Origin: Squalus acanthias
Lineage: Eukaryota
NCBI GenBank assembly: GCA_030390025.1
Contig: CM059431.1
Location: forward strand, 129,954,001 to 130,018,000
Length of the DNA stretch: 64,000 bases
Reading direction: 5' to 3'
Every line of letters starts with the position of its first letter. Position 1 is the stretch's first letter. The position numbers and the translations under genes were made by a program. Below are positions 12,096 through 23,660 of the stretch, piece by piece. The notes below the pieces were generated by a model, which was not told the origin of the DNA, did no database searches, and saw nothing but the letters and a program-made list of their open reading frames with translations.

Positions 12096-13906
12096 CTGTC
12101 TGGTCCAGTTTATACTGAAGTTTATGCAGCTGATGCCGGCACGGACTCGATGGGCCGAATGGCCTCCTTCTGTGCTGTTATGACTCTATGATGCAAATGT
12201 TATTTTTGATCTTTCAAGGAGGGTTACTAGCATGGGACTGTAGTGGACCAGAAAAGCTATTTTGTTGACTGTGGGCAGTAAAAGGTAGACATGTAAGAGT
12301 ATAATTAAACAGGAGAAGTTGCGCATCCCTGAGGAAGGCAGAATTACACAATGCTACAGCCAGTCTATTAAAAACAGGGATTCTGTTCAAATTTCAGAGC
12401 AATAACTGCTGGAAACTTGTCGGTGACACTTGCATGTGAACTGTAAATTTCAGCTTGCTAAGCCATACTACAACTTTGGATATTGAATGTAGTTCTGCAT
12501 TACTGGTATAAAGCAAACCTCAAGCTCAGAGACTGAGATACACTTAAACTATGTTTCTGCCTGCAATGATTTAGATTCTGTTGGTTAATTACATATATAC
12601 TTGAGTATTTTATTCAATCAATGCTTATTTTTGTGATGTTGTTTATTGTGTTTACATTAAATAAAGTAGTATTAGTTAATGTATCTTTCAGTCTGAGTTT
12701 AACTTTGACTGGTAATTCGGAGTTAATCGCTTCATTTTTTGTCATACTGTGTCCCTGCAGTGATTGGTTTGGCTTGTGTAATTTTTAATATAATTTTGAC
12801 AAGGTATATATTACAGTTCAAAGACAAGCTAACTTAGGCTTCTTACAAATCTTGGATGTGAATAGTCAATTTCCAATACAGTTGTTTGATACAAAAGCAC
12901 AGAAAATGGGGAAAAGATTTGTCTAATAACCATAATATTGATTACTTATTTTATGGATTTACCATTTTACAAAGAGTGAGCTAAACATAATTACTGTAAA
13001 AATATTTGTTGTTACGGTTACCATTCACGTGTTCTTTTTACTGTTTAATAAATTTCTTTGGCAGTTCAAGCTCATATTACATGTATAGTGTTGCTCTTCC
13101 ACCTTCTGAAGACCAGGAGGATCATGCGATAAAGACTGTATCTGAAATAAACTAGTGTGTTTTTTGGAGCTATGTAGTTGATTGACAGCTCTTTATTCAG
13201 AGGCTTGTAGACCTGGAAAAGTATGCCATAGTCCTTCCTATTTTTAGTGCAGTTGCCTCAGTGTCCTACAATTGTCTTGATTATTGGACTGTATAAGAAA
13301 TATGTTCGGGAGAAAATATTGATGTAAATATTTGTACTATCCGTATATTACTGTGGGGTTTTTTTTTGTGTTTTTTTAGCTTCAGTATATGTTTCACTTA
13401 TAGATAAAATAGACCATTTGTTTTAGGAGTGTGATGCTTATCACCTTTCAGAATGCACAGGAGTGTGCTGGACAGTCAATGGGGAGTGACAGGAGTCACA
13501 CGAGGAGGCTCAGTGCAAGTATGAGGGGGACAAAAAGGGGTCACAGTACCAATGCAAGAAGGAAGAGGAGTGTTAATGCAAATTTGAGACTAAAAGTGAC
13601 CAGAACTGGCACAAGGAGGGACTGTGCAGATATGAGGCAGATAAAAAGAGAAACCGCATCAGGTTTCATATGAGTTGGGCAGAGAGTCTTAATGACTCTC
13701 AGCAGTTTATGAGGGTCCAGTGATTAAGTACATAACTTTGTGCAGAATATTTTTCATCAAATCTAATATTCTGATTTTTGAGGAAGTGTACAATGACAGT
13801 TTCATACGCGCTTTTGAATTGCCAGCAAACTACCACAGGTGGAATAAGAAGAATGACCAGAAAGGCTGGTAGCATCACTTACTGCTTCTGCATTTTCACA
13901 AGGGGA

Positions 13907-15597
13907 CCATAGAATCATAGAATGATACAGTACAAAAGGAGGCCATTCAGCCCAACGTGCCTGTGCCGGCTCATTGGTAGAGCTATCCAACTAGTCCCTC
14001 TGCCCCGTTCTTTCCTCATAGCCCTTCAAGTTTTTACCCATATCTCTGTTGAAAGTTACTGGTGAATCTGCTTCCACCACCCTTTCAGGCCATGCATTCC
14101 AGATCAGACCAATTTGCTGTCTAAAAATGATTCCTCATGTCGCCTCTGGTTCTTTTGCCAATCACCTTAAATCTGTGTCCGCTGGTTTCTGACCCTTCAG
14201 CCACTGGAAACAGTTTCTCCTTATTTAATCTTCTCAAAACCGTTCATGATTTTGAACACCTCCATCAAATCTCTCTTAACCTACTCTGCTCTGAGAACAA
14301 CCCCAGCTTTTCCCCTCTCTCCACATAACTGAAGTCCCTCATCCCTAGTACCATTCGAGTAAATCTCTTCTGCACCCTCTCTAAGGCCTTGATATCCTTC
14401 CTAAAGTGTGGTGCCCAGAATTGAACACAATACTCCAGCTGAGGCCTAACCAGTGTTTTATAAAGGTTCAGCATAACTTCCTTGCTTTTGTTACCTCTGG
14501 TGTCCCCCAAGGATTTATCCTTTGCCCCCTCCTATTTCTCATCTACATGCTGCCCTTTGGCGACATTATCCAAAAACACAGCATCAGTTTCCACATGTAA
14601 GCTGACGACACCCAGCTCTACATCACCACTACTTCTCTCGACCCCTCCATTGTCTCTAAATTGCCAGACAGCTTGTCCGACATCCAGTACTGGATGAGCA
14701 GAAATTTCCTCCAGCTAAATATTGGGAAGACTGTCCGCCACAAACTCCGTCCCCGAGCCACCGACTCCATCCTTCTCCCTAGCTTCTGTCTGAGGCTGAA
14801 CTAGACTGTTCGCAACCTCAGTGTCATATTTCACCCTGAAATGAGCTTCTGATCACATATCCGCGCCATAACTAAGACCACCTATTTCCACCTCCGTAAC
14901 ATCGCCCAACTCCGCCCCGCCTCAGCTCATCTGCTGCTGAAACCCTCATCCATGCCTTTGTTACCACCAGACTTGACTATTCCAATGCACTCCTGGCTGG
15001 CCTCCCACGTTCTACCTTACATAAATTGAGGTCATCCATGATTCTTGCCTGTGTCCTAACTCGCACCAAGTCCCATTCGCCCATCACCCCTGTGCTCACT
15101 GACCTACATTGGGTCCCGGTTAAGCAACGCCTCAATTTTAAAATTCTCATCCTTGTTTTCAAATCCCTCCCTGGCCTCGCCCCTCCCTATCTCTGTAATC
15201 TCCTCCAGTCCCAGAAACTCTTGAGATATCTGCACTCCTCTAATTCTGGCCTCTTGAGCATCCCTGATTTTAATCGCTCAACTATTGTTGGCCATGCCTT
15301 CAGCTGCCAAGGCCCTAAGCTCTGGAATTCCCTCCCTAAACCTCTCCACTTCTCCACCTCTCTCTCCTCTTTAAGATGCTCCTTAAAACCTTTGACCAAG
15401 CTTTTGGTCATTTGCCCTAATTTCTCCTTATGTGGCTCGGTGTCAAATTTTGTTTTCGAACACTCCTGTGAAGCACTTTGGGAAGTTTACTACGTTAAAG
15501 GCGCTATATAAATACAAGTTGTTTTTGTTTTGTACTCTATTCCTCTATTAATAAAGCCAAGGATCCTATTTGCTTTTTAACAGCATTCTCAACTTCA
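13907..15597 (-). mobile_element. CR1 3' fragment split by an L2 insertion (CR1 parts about 13907-14490 and 15531-15597)
   Basis: Minus ORF 14265-14510 ([17 protein letters not shown]). The CR1 sequence CATAACTTCCTTGCTTTTGT resumes as TGTACTCTATTCC after the L2. Confidence 0.85.
14491..15530 (+). mobile_element. L2-clade LINE, 5'-truncated
   Basis: GVPQGFILCPLLFLIYMLP, (Y)ADDTQLY, ITPVLTDLHWVPVKQRLNFKILILVFK and APPYL motifs. 3' end GGCGCTATATAAATACAAGTTGTT. Confidence 0.88.
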
Positions 15598-16309
15598 AAG
15601 ACTATCTCTGGAAGAGGTGCCAAGTCTGATCATAATTTAGTCAGACTTTGTTTTGGACAGATCCTTGTAAAGGTTAGCATGGATGCACTGGGCTGGTATA
15701 ATTCTAATTTAGTTAATTTAATTTACTCATTTCTTGTGACAAGAAGAGTGTTTTTTGTAGCCTATTTAGATAATGTTGTCTGGCAGGCGATCGCTTTCAT
15801 CTGTATTCATTGTTGAACTTCCAGAATTCTACTATGTCTCAGCAGCTTATATCAACATACAATATCACATATTACAGGAACACATGATTCATGATAAAGA
15901 CGCATTACAAGCATAATTACCATGACGTGAAGTGTTTTGTATATTTAGTGTATTAAGTACAGTTCTGGAACTATTAAGCTTCATCCCTTGAATTCTCTCA
16001 CTACCATTACTGAAAGATATCTTTATCATCCATTTGAACCCTGAGATAATCGAGACACAAAATCAAAAGTAGTAACATGTGATCTATGTTTTTGAATCAT
16101 TGTGTTAGATGTGCCTTTTCTAAATGGGTATGCCATTTGGGGCCTTTCTAAGTCTTTAAACATTACTGGAGGAAGATAGTTTGCCATACAGCATTTTGAT
16201 AAGCTTTCATTTTGAACAAGTTAGTGAGGTGCTAAACACATGCAAGTCTCTTCCTTGCAATTAGAGAGAGAAAGTTGGATGGCAAGTCACCACACATTTT
16301 TACATACTA

Positions 16310-16541
16310 TGTTGAGGCTGCCGCGAAACACGAATTAAGACTGAATCCATGTGTGGAAAACAAGAGACTTTTTAATACAACTGCATGGTCCAAAATGGCT
16401 GAACCGACTGCTCCCAGAATTCTCTGGAAAAACCGTGAGGCCCCGCCCACTTCTTCTCTCCTGCCTTAAAGGCAAGGCGCTCGATATATTGTCCACGGAC
16501 AGAAAAGTGGATAATGCCCGTTTAGGTGGCGATCCGCCACA
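16310..16541 (-). repeat. 3' LTR of Gypsy element 1 (232 bp)
   Basis: Direct repeat of 20178-20408; by manual count 6 substitutions and 1 indel. Preceded on the minus strand by the PPT CTGGGGGGAGCTG. Confidence 0.97.
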
Positions 16542-16707
16542 CAGCTCCCCCCAGAATCCGCTTAGGAGGTGTGGACGAGACGGTGCGGCGGTCTGATGGG
16601 CCGGCCGGAGCGGCTCTTGTAGGACGCCGGTGGACGTGGAACGGCCGGGCGTGGAGCCGCCGGGTGAACCGGCTTGAGGGCAGGTCGGCCGCGTGGTGGT
16701 GGACGAG

Positions 16708-19445
16708 CTACAGGACCAGCTCACCGGGCTCCGAGTGTGCTAGCTTGAGTCGGTCAACCGACACTCTTTCGGTCCTGTCGCCCACTTGCAGGGTGAAAAA
16801 TTTGTCCCCAGCCTGTAGCACCTTGTAGGGCCCGTCGTACGGGGGTTGAAGGGGTCCGCGGTGGGCGTCGTGCCGGACGAAAATGAACTGTGCCTGGTGC
16901 AGGCTTAGTGGGACGTGTGAGGTGGATTCGCTGTGTCGGGCAATGGGCACCGGGGCGAACTGCAGCGCCGGTGAGGCGAAGTCGTGGCGTTGCTGGTCGG
17001 CTGACCAGGGCGTCGTGGCGGTGGGCAGGAACTCGCCGGGTACGCGCAGCGGCTGACCGTACACGAGCTCTGCTGCCGATGCGTGGAGGTCTTCTTTAAC
17101 CGCGGTGCGCAGGCTGAGGAGGACCCACGGAAGTCGGTCGGTCCAGGCGCCGTCCTGGAGGCTGGCTCGAAGAGATGCCTTCAAGGATCTGTGGAACCGC
17201 TCACACAGTCCGTTGGCTTGGGGGTGGTACGCTGTGGTGCGGTGAATGGTCACCCTGAGATTGCGTGCGTCGCCGGTCCAGAGTTCAGAGGTAAATTGCG
17301 GACCTCTGTCCGACGTCATGTCGGAGGGGACGCCGAACCGTGCGACCCAGGTGCTGACGAAGGCTCTGGCGATGTCGGCGGTGGTGGTAGAGGTCAGTGG
17401 AATTGCCTCGGGCCAGCGCGTGGTGCAGTCAACGATCGTCAGCAAGTGCGTGTGGCCTTGCGACGGCGGCAGGGGCCCGACGATGTCCACGTGGATGTGG
17501 TCGAATCTCCGCGAGGGGACGGTAAACTCCTCGAGGGGTGCTTTCGTGTGTTGCTGTACCTTGGCCCGTTGGCAGGCTAGGCAGGAGTTGGCCCAAGTAC
17601 GCACATCCTTGCGAAGGCCGCGCCAGACAAAGCGGTTGGCTACCAATTTGATGGATGCGCGGGCGCCGGGGTGGGAGAGGTTGTGGAGAATGTCGAATAC
17701 CCGGCGGCGCCAGGACGTTGGGACGACGGGCCGAGGTTGACACAGGGATATGTCGCACTTGACCGTGACTGCGGTCGGGCCACAGGCGACGTCAGCCAGG
17801 CGTAGCCCTGGTAGGTTGGTAGGTGCGGAGAGCAGATCAGGGTCGGTGATCTGGTCTGCTGCAAGTTGAGCGTAGTCGACTGCCAGGTGTGCGGCGTGGA
17901 TGACAGGGCGGGAGAGGCAGTCGGCTACCACATTGTCTCGGCCGGAGACGTGTTGGATGTCCGTGGTGAACTCGGACACTGCCGCGAGCTGGCGCTGCTG
18001 CCTGGCGGGCCAGGGGTCAGTTGTCTTTGCCATTGTGAATGTCAGGGGCTTGTGGTCGACAAACGCAGTGAAGGGGTGGCCCTCAAGCAAAAACCGAAAA
18101 TGGCGGACCACCAGGAACCGCGCGAGGAGCTCGCGGTCGAAGGTGCTGTACTTGACCTCCGGGGGGCGTAGTTGGCAGCTGAAGAAGGCAAGTGGTTGCC
18201 AGGCGCCGTCGACCCACTGCTCATACACGGCGCCGACCGTGTGGTCGGAGGCGTCCGTGGTGAGCGCTACCCTGGCATTGGGCCGTGGGTGCGCGAGCAG
18301 GGTGGCGTTGGCGAGCGCGGTCTTGGTGGAGTCGAAGGTTGCGGACGCGTCTGCCATCCATTCGACCGCCATCTTGCCGCTCCTGCCCCGGAGGGCTTCA
18401 TACAGGGGCCTCATGAGGGACGCTGCTTTGGGGATGAAGTGGTTTTCGAAATTCACCATCCCGAGGAACACCTGGAGGCCTTTGATGGTGGTGGGGCGGG
18501 GAAATTGTTGGACGGCCTGCACCTTGGTGGGCAGGGGAATGGCCCCAGCATGGGTGATGTGGCCGAGGAAGTCGATCTTGTCCCGGCCGAACTGGCATTT
18601 GGCTGGGCTGAGGATGAGCCCGTGGTCGCTGAGGCTCCCGAACAGGATGCGAAGGTGTTCGAGGTGTTCCTGCTTGGAGGAACTGGCTACCAGGATGTCG
18701 TCCAGGTAGACGAACAGGAACTTCAGGTCCCGAAGGACCGAGTTCATGAGCCGTTGGAATGCCTGGGCCGCGTTTTTGAGGCCGAAGGGCATCCGCAGGA
18801 ACTCGAACAGGCCGAAGGGGGTGATTACGGCCGTCTTGGGGACGTCCGCGGGGTGGACGGGGACTTGGTGGTATCCGCGCACCAGGTCGACCTTGGAAAA
18901 GACAGAGCGGCTGGCCAGTCTAGCTGAGAAGTACTGAATGTGCGGCACGGGGTACCGATCAGGGGTGGTGGCGTCGTTGAGGTGGCGGTAATCCCCGCAG
19001 GGGCGCCAACCTCCGCCTGGTTTGGGGGCGATGTGGAGTGGGGAGGCCCAGGGACTGTTGGAGCGGCGGATGATGCCGAGCTGTTCCATGGTGGCGAACT
19101 CGGTCCGCGCGATCTCCAGTTTGGTCGGGTCCAGCCTGCGGGCGTGGGTGTACACTGGGGGGCCTGTGGTGGGGATGAAGTGTTCCACCCCGTGTTTGGC
19201 GGTCTCCGCGGAGAAGGTCGGATTGGTAAGGGCCGGGAATTCGGCCAGGAGTGCCAAGTAGTCATCCGTGGCCCGGGCGTGGCACTGTGACGCCATGTCG
19301 GCGGGTTGACGGGGGGCCATGGGGGACATGGTGTTCATGTCCACGAGGCGGTGACGAGGGATGTCTACCAGTAGGCCGTGGGTGCACAGGAAATCTGCGC
19401 CGATGAGAGGGGAGAGCACCTTGGCAGTGATGAACTCCCATCGCG
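16708..19445 (-). CDS. pol: Gypsy Pol: protease C-terminal remnant, reverse transcriptase, RNase H, integrase with GPY/F motif
   Basis: Within ORF 16708-19683: PLIGADFL, WASPL, MPFGLKNA, YLDD, TDASD/ELLA/DHKPL/ADCLSR, HHCC (HNLSHPG...CLAC), D-D-E (HVDI, TSDRG, CERFH), PPYDGPY. The upstream part of the called ORF is an alternative frame of gag. Confidence 0.93.
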
Positions 19446-20137
19446 GGGGCTGGTACGGGGGCGGACTTGAAAGAGCAGGGAGGTGTGCACCGTTGTGCCC
19501 TGGCGCCGAACCGTGCGTGGTAGTAACAGTGGCCCGGGTTAGTGGGGCACGAAGGCCCCGTGGGCCTGGTGGCAGGTCCTTGTGGCCGCGTGGTGGCCGG
19601 TGAGGGGCGCGCCCAGGCATTGGCTGCCAGGTCCGGAGTGATGTCGCGGCTGGAGTGAGCGGACAGCAGCTTATCGGCCTCATCGGCTAGGGCTTCCAGG
19701 TTCGTGATGCCGGATGCCACGATCGCTGGGCGGATGCTGAGAGGGAGCTGGCGGATGAACAGCGTGCGGAAGAGGGATCCGGGTGGGCTCTCGTCGGTGA
19801 GGGAGAGCATGTGGGAGAGGAGGTCTGACGGTGAGGCATCACCGAGGCCTGGAAGGTCGAGGAGGTGGCAGTTTCGCTGATATGCCGAGGCCGTAAATTT
19901 TTTAAGGAGCGCTGCCTTGAGATGTGCATACTTGCCTTCCTCTGGTGGGTTCTGCAGCGCTGTCCAAACCTTCGAAACTGTGGCGCTACCGAGTGATGTG
20001 ACGAGGTAGTCGTACTGCGTCCCATCTGTGGTGATGTTTCGCAGCCGGAAGCGAGATTCAGCTTGGAGAAACCAGGCTTCGGGCTGGTTTTCCCAAAACT
20101 CCGGCAGTTTCACGGAAACTGCGTTCGTGTCCGCCAT
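19262..20137 (-). CDS. gag: Gypsy Gag (KLPEFW...WF..AE type) with Cys/His motif; runs out of frame after about 19445
   Basis: MADTNAVSVKLPEFWENQPEAWFLQAESRF...Y.HLKAALL...CYYHARFGARAQRCTPPC. The ATG lies about 25 nt downstream of the PBS. Confidence 0.88.
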   Translation of the reverse strand: MADTNAVSVKLPEFWENQPEAWFLQAESRFRLRNITTDGTQYDYLVTSLGSATVSKVWTALQNPPEEGKYAHLKAALLKKFTASAYQRNCHLLDLPGLGDASPSDLLSHMLSLTDESPPGSLFRTLFIRQLPLSIRPAIVASGITNLEALADEADKLLSAHSSRDITPDLAANAWARPSPATTRPQGPATRPTGPSCPTNPGHCYYHARFGARAQRCTPPCSFKSAPVPAPAMGVHHCQGALPSHRRRFPVHPRPTGRHPSSPPRGHEHHVPHGPPSTRRHGVTVPRPGHG

Positions 20138-20162
20138 TGCAGTGCTCGGAATACGTTCTGAG

Positions 20163-20176
20163 CGTCGGGGTCACCA
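20163..20176 (-). promoter_or_regulatory. Primer-binding site complementary to the tRNA-Trp 3' end
   Basis: Minus strand TGGTGACCCCGACG directly after the 5' LTR. It matches the known tRNA-Trp PBS sequence (TGGTGACCCCGACGTGAT) over 14 nt. Confidence 0.85.
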
Positions 20177-20177
20177 A

Positions 20178-20408
20178 TGTTGAGGCTGCCACGAAACACG
20201 AATTAAGACTGAATCCATGTGTGGAAAACAAGAGACTTTTTAATACAACTGCATGGTCCAAAATGGCTGAACCGACTGCTCCCAGAATTTCTGGAAAAAC
20301 CCTGATGCCCCGCCCACTTCTTCTCTCCTGCCTTAAATGCAAGGTGCTCGATATATTGTCCACGGACAGAAAAGTGGATAATGCCCGTTTAGGTGGCGAT
20401 CCGTCACA
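20178..20408 (-). repeat. 5' LTR of Gypsy element 1 (231 bp)
   Basis: Direct repeat of 16310-16541; reads TGTGACG...CAACA on the minus strand. Confidence 0.97.
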
Positions 20409-20774
20409 ACCAGCGAATAGTTTGCGCAAAGTCAACATTGCAGAGGCCTGGGAGCAAGTAACTTGCGCAATTGACAGTATGAGGCACAGGTCAAAGCGGA
20501 AGAGAAAGAAATTAAAAGAAAGAAAAAGTTAATGATTAGCTTTCAGTACTGAAATTGAATAAAGAAGTGAGCCAATGAGCGATGACAGAAATGCTAAAAA
20601 AAATTGTTAAATATTCAGATGAAGAATACATTTTATATCGGTCAGAATGTGTTGCATGGGTGAGGAAAGGCAGAATTGTGCATAGAAATTCTTTGCCATG
20701 GGAGCAATCATCTGAATCTAAGCGATGATTGATTTAGGTGGAGCAACTGGTCCCCAGTGTTAACAATGGGAATA

Positions 20775-21139
20775 CAGGAAACTCTTTATTAACCGGCACC
20801 CAAATATCCGGAAATCTCTCTTAACCGGCATAATTCTTGAGTAGGTAACCGGGGTTTTCCTTCATCTCTCGTTTAAAATTAACTTAAAAAAAAATCCCCG
20901 AGGCGTTTGCCTTGTATCGGAGCGTGTAGATTGGGAGGGGAATGTGCAGCCCGGGTAGGCAGCGGACACGACAGATGGTCAGCTGGCGGTCCCCGGGGAG
21001 ACGGAGCTCCGAATGCAGGCGCATGTCAATGTGTACGGGGCTCTCGTACGTTGGTAGATATAACTCTCCATTATCCGGACTTTTTGATTAACCGGCACCA
21101 CGCCGGTCCCGTCGGTGCCGGTTAATAAAGAGTTTCCTG
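20775..21139. mobile_element. Tc1/mariner (Tigger/pogo-type) MITE
   Basis: Perfect 26-bp TIR CAGGAAACTCTTTATTAACCGGCACC with TA TSD on both sides. Subterminal TTAACCGGCA and ATCCGGA repeats. Confidence 0.93.
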
Positions 21140-22376
21140 TACTATGCAACCCAATCTGAAATGATTTGTTTTTGTGTACCCAAACTCAATTTAAATTTTG
21201 CACCTCGTACATTTTTTAATTTGGAACTTTTTGGAGATGCACCTCCAACCATTTCAATGTCTACTCTAATTGGGTGTAAATAGATTGGAACAGTTCAAGA
21301 TAATGCATTAAATATCAGTCCTTCTAAGATGCAAAGCTCAATTAAATGTTGGTAATGTGAAGAACAAAAATACAGCACTAGTTTGATATTTGGATTTTTC
21401 CAAAACTTGGAATTTTGGGCAGCAATTCTGCTTTTTCATCCATTTTCTATTAATGTCCTAAAAACTAGGCCTTAGAGTGTTGTGGGAATTAAAACTACGA
21501 AAGACAAACCACTAGATTTGTCAAAGAAGATTAGACATTGATCATAGCCGAAAGGGTAGTTGCCAGGTAGCAAGGTGACACCTTTTCTTCTAAGAAAGGA
21601 GAATGAATTTCCTTGGGTTTACATAAAACTTTGTGAGAGTAAATTTTTGGATGTTTTAGAGAGACAAATGGAACTTACATATTTCTAGAGGTCCTCTGCT
21701 GCTTACTATAAGGGCATGCGATTGTGTATACTTATTCTCTCTCTGATTTCGTGGGATCAGTTTGTTTTTTAATATTACTAAATATGCTTGTTCCAGATTA
21801 TGTACGTTATGCTAATGCCATGTGCGTTGATATTTTGGATATAGATTTGTTATTAGCCATGGTTTCTTTTGCATTAACCATAAAAAATTATGATGACTCA
21901 TTCTGTTAATATTAAATAAACTTATGAAAATCTTACGATGCAAAGTAATATTATAAAATCAATTCAAGTATTTATTGCATCTTGTACTATAATTTGAACA
22001 ATTACTAATTTTTTTTCCTGTGGAATATAACTTATTTGTTTGCACAAGCTAATATACCTAGTAATATATAAAAATTAATGGATTAAAATATGTCCATTTG
22101 TAAGCAGTGTCGAATGTAACTTCCAGTGCTTGTAAAGTAAGTACATAGATCCTTTTGTTTACTCAGCTAGACTTGGACTTCTTTACAGTCACGCTTGGGA
22201 GTGTGAAATTTAAATTGCTGAACATGCACGTGCATACTATACCTCAGTTCTACCCCACCCCCAATGTAGAGTTCAGTTCAGTTCTCAGTGGTGCTGAAAT
22301 AATTAATGCAACACTGCAAGAAAATGCAAAATGAAAATCATGTTAATTAAATGTTCATTTTTTTTTCCTGACACAA

Positions 22377-22943
22377 GGGGAATTTTAACCCATGGGGCCT
22401 TTAAAAGGAAGCTTTCTGTCTTACCACCCCATTCTCACTGGAATCCCATAGGTTACCATTATAACTGCTCACTGCAGTTTGGTGGCTGCCAGAAACAGGC
22501 AGGACCCTCGTAGATCAATTGGGGTCCCATTACATCAGTGGAACCCTGATTGCGTTTTAAACTGGGCCTGAGCAGGGAAGCCGCTGTGGCTTTCCTCCCA
22601 GGGGAATGCAGATCGGCAGCTGTCAGGAGGATGAAGAGGCCCTCCAAGGTAAGTGGAAAATGTTCTTTTGTGGCAAGTGAAGGTCTTCTCTGCGAGACCC
22701 TCCGGACGCGACCTGCTTGCCGGTGAGCCTTTCTTTGGTGCCAGCCGGCAGCCTGCAGCCACCCGACTTTTCACTGCCACCAGCTAGCCAGCTGCCGCTT
22801 TCCGCCTGTTTTGGGCAGGCAGCTCACTGGCAGCGTGCAGATGAGACCCGGGAGTTAAAATGCCCCAAGCCTCAAACTTAGGCCTGTGAGTAAGTTTTGC
22901 ACTTGCCCACCTGGCTGAAACCCGCTGGGCTAAAATCGATTCC
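22377..22943. mobile_element. Harbinger-like MITE (degenerate)
   Basis: GGGGAATTTTAACCC at the left end and GGGCTAAAATCGATTCC at the right end; GC-rich interior. Confidence 0.5.
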
Positions 22944-23138
22944 AAAACTTACTCTTATTCCTGCCTCTTGCAAGTGATAACTGGTGCATTCACACACTTA
23001 GTTTCCATCTGGAGTCTTTGGATAATGATCAGAAGTGGATTGTGGATTGATTGCTTTCGCTCTACCCTAGTGCTGGGACACTGAGGTTACTTGTGCTGAT
23101 TGCACCTGTATCTCTGGTTCAATCAGCTAACTCAGTAT

Positions 23139-23660
23139 AATAATAAACCTAATAGGGAATTCTGGAGGAACTTCTTTACCCAGAGAGTGGTTAGAATGTG
23201 GAACTCGCACCCGCATGGAGTAGTTAAGGTGAATAGCATAGATGCATTTAAGGGGAAGCTAGACAAACACATGAGGGAGAAAGGAATAGGAGGATATTTA
23301 GGTTGATTTGGCTATGATAAATTGACCCTTAGTGTTAGGGGGGGATTAAATATGTGGGGTTATGGGGATAGGATGGGATATGTTAGGGGGAATTAAATAC
23401 GTGGGGTTACGGGGGTAGGGTGGGATATGTGTACTGTGGGGATTAAAGCAGGGACAGGGTACTGGATTTGAATGATCAGCCATGATCGTATTGAATGGTG
23501 GAGCAGGCTTGACGGGCCGATTGGCCGACTCCTGCTCCTAGATTCTATGTTTCTATGATATGCTGATTGGGTTAGATGACGAGGGGTGGGAGGCGGCTTG
23601 TGTGGAGCATGGACCAGTTGGGCCGAAGGGCCAGTTTCTGTGCTGTACATTCTATGTCAT
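23139..23660 (+). mobile_element. CR1 3' end interrupted by a 5'-truncated HE1-like V-SINE (about 23298-23556)
   Basis: CR1 RNFFTQRVVRMWNS...REKGIGG breaks at GATA and resumes GATATGCTGA at about 23557. The insert has TTAGGTTGATTTGGCTATGATAAATTGACCCTTAGTGT, two copies of a roughly 50-bp repeat, and a CR1-derived tail. Confidence 0.7.

Larger units (their letters stand above)
16310..20408 (-). mobile_element. Gypsy/Ty3 LTR retrotransposon, full length with two LTRs, protease N-terminus deleted
   Basis: LTRs 16310-16541 and 20178-20408 (TG...CA). PBS and PPT present, plus gag and RT-RNaseH-IN ORFs. Flanks ACTA and ACCA are a probable 4-bp TSD with one mismatch. Confidence 0.97.

Noticed and set aside
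16890..19603. Numerous long plus-strand ORFs (e.g. 17900-18709, 18172-18927) antisense to Gypsy pol
   Set aside because: Expected stop-poor shadow frames of a GC-rich coding sequence; no recognisable domains.
19446..19683. N-terminal 80 aa of the 991-aa ORF as a genuine Pol start or programmed frameshift region
   Set aside because: It is an alternative frame of gag with no homology to protease, and is better explained by the deletion-induced frame change.
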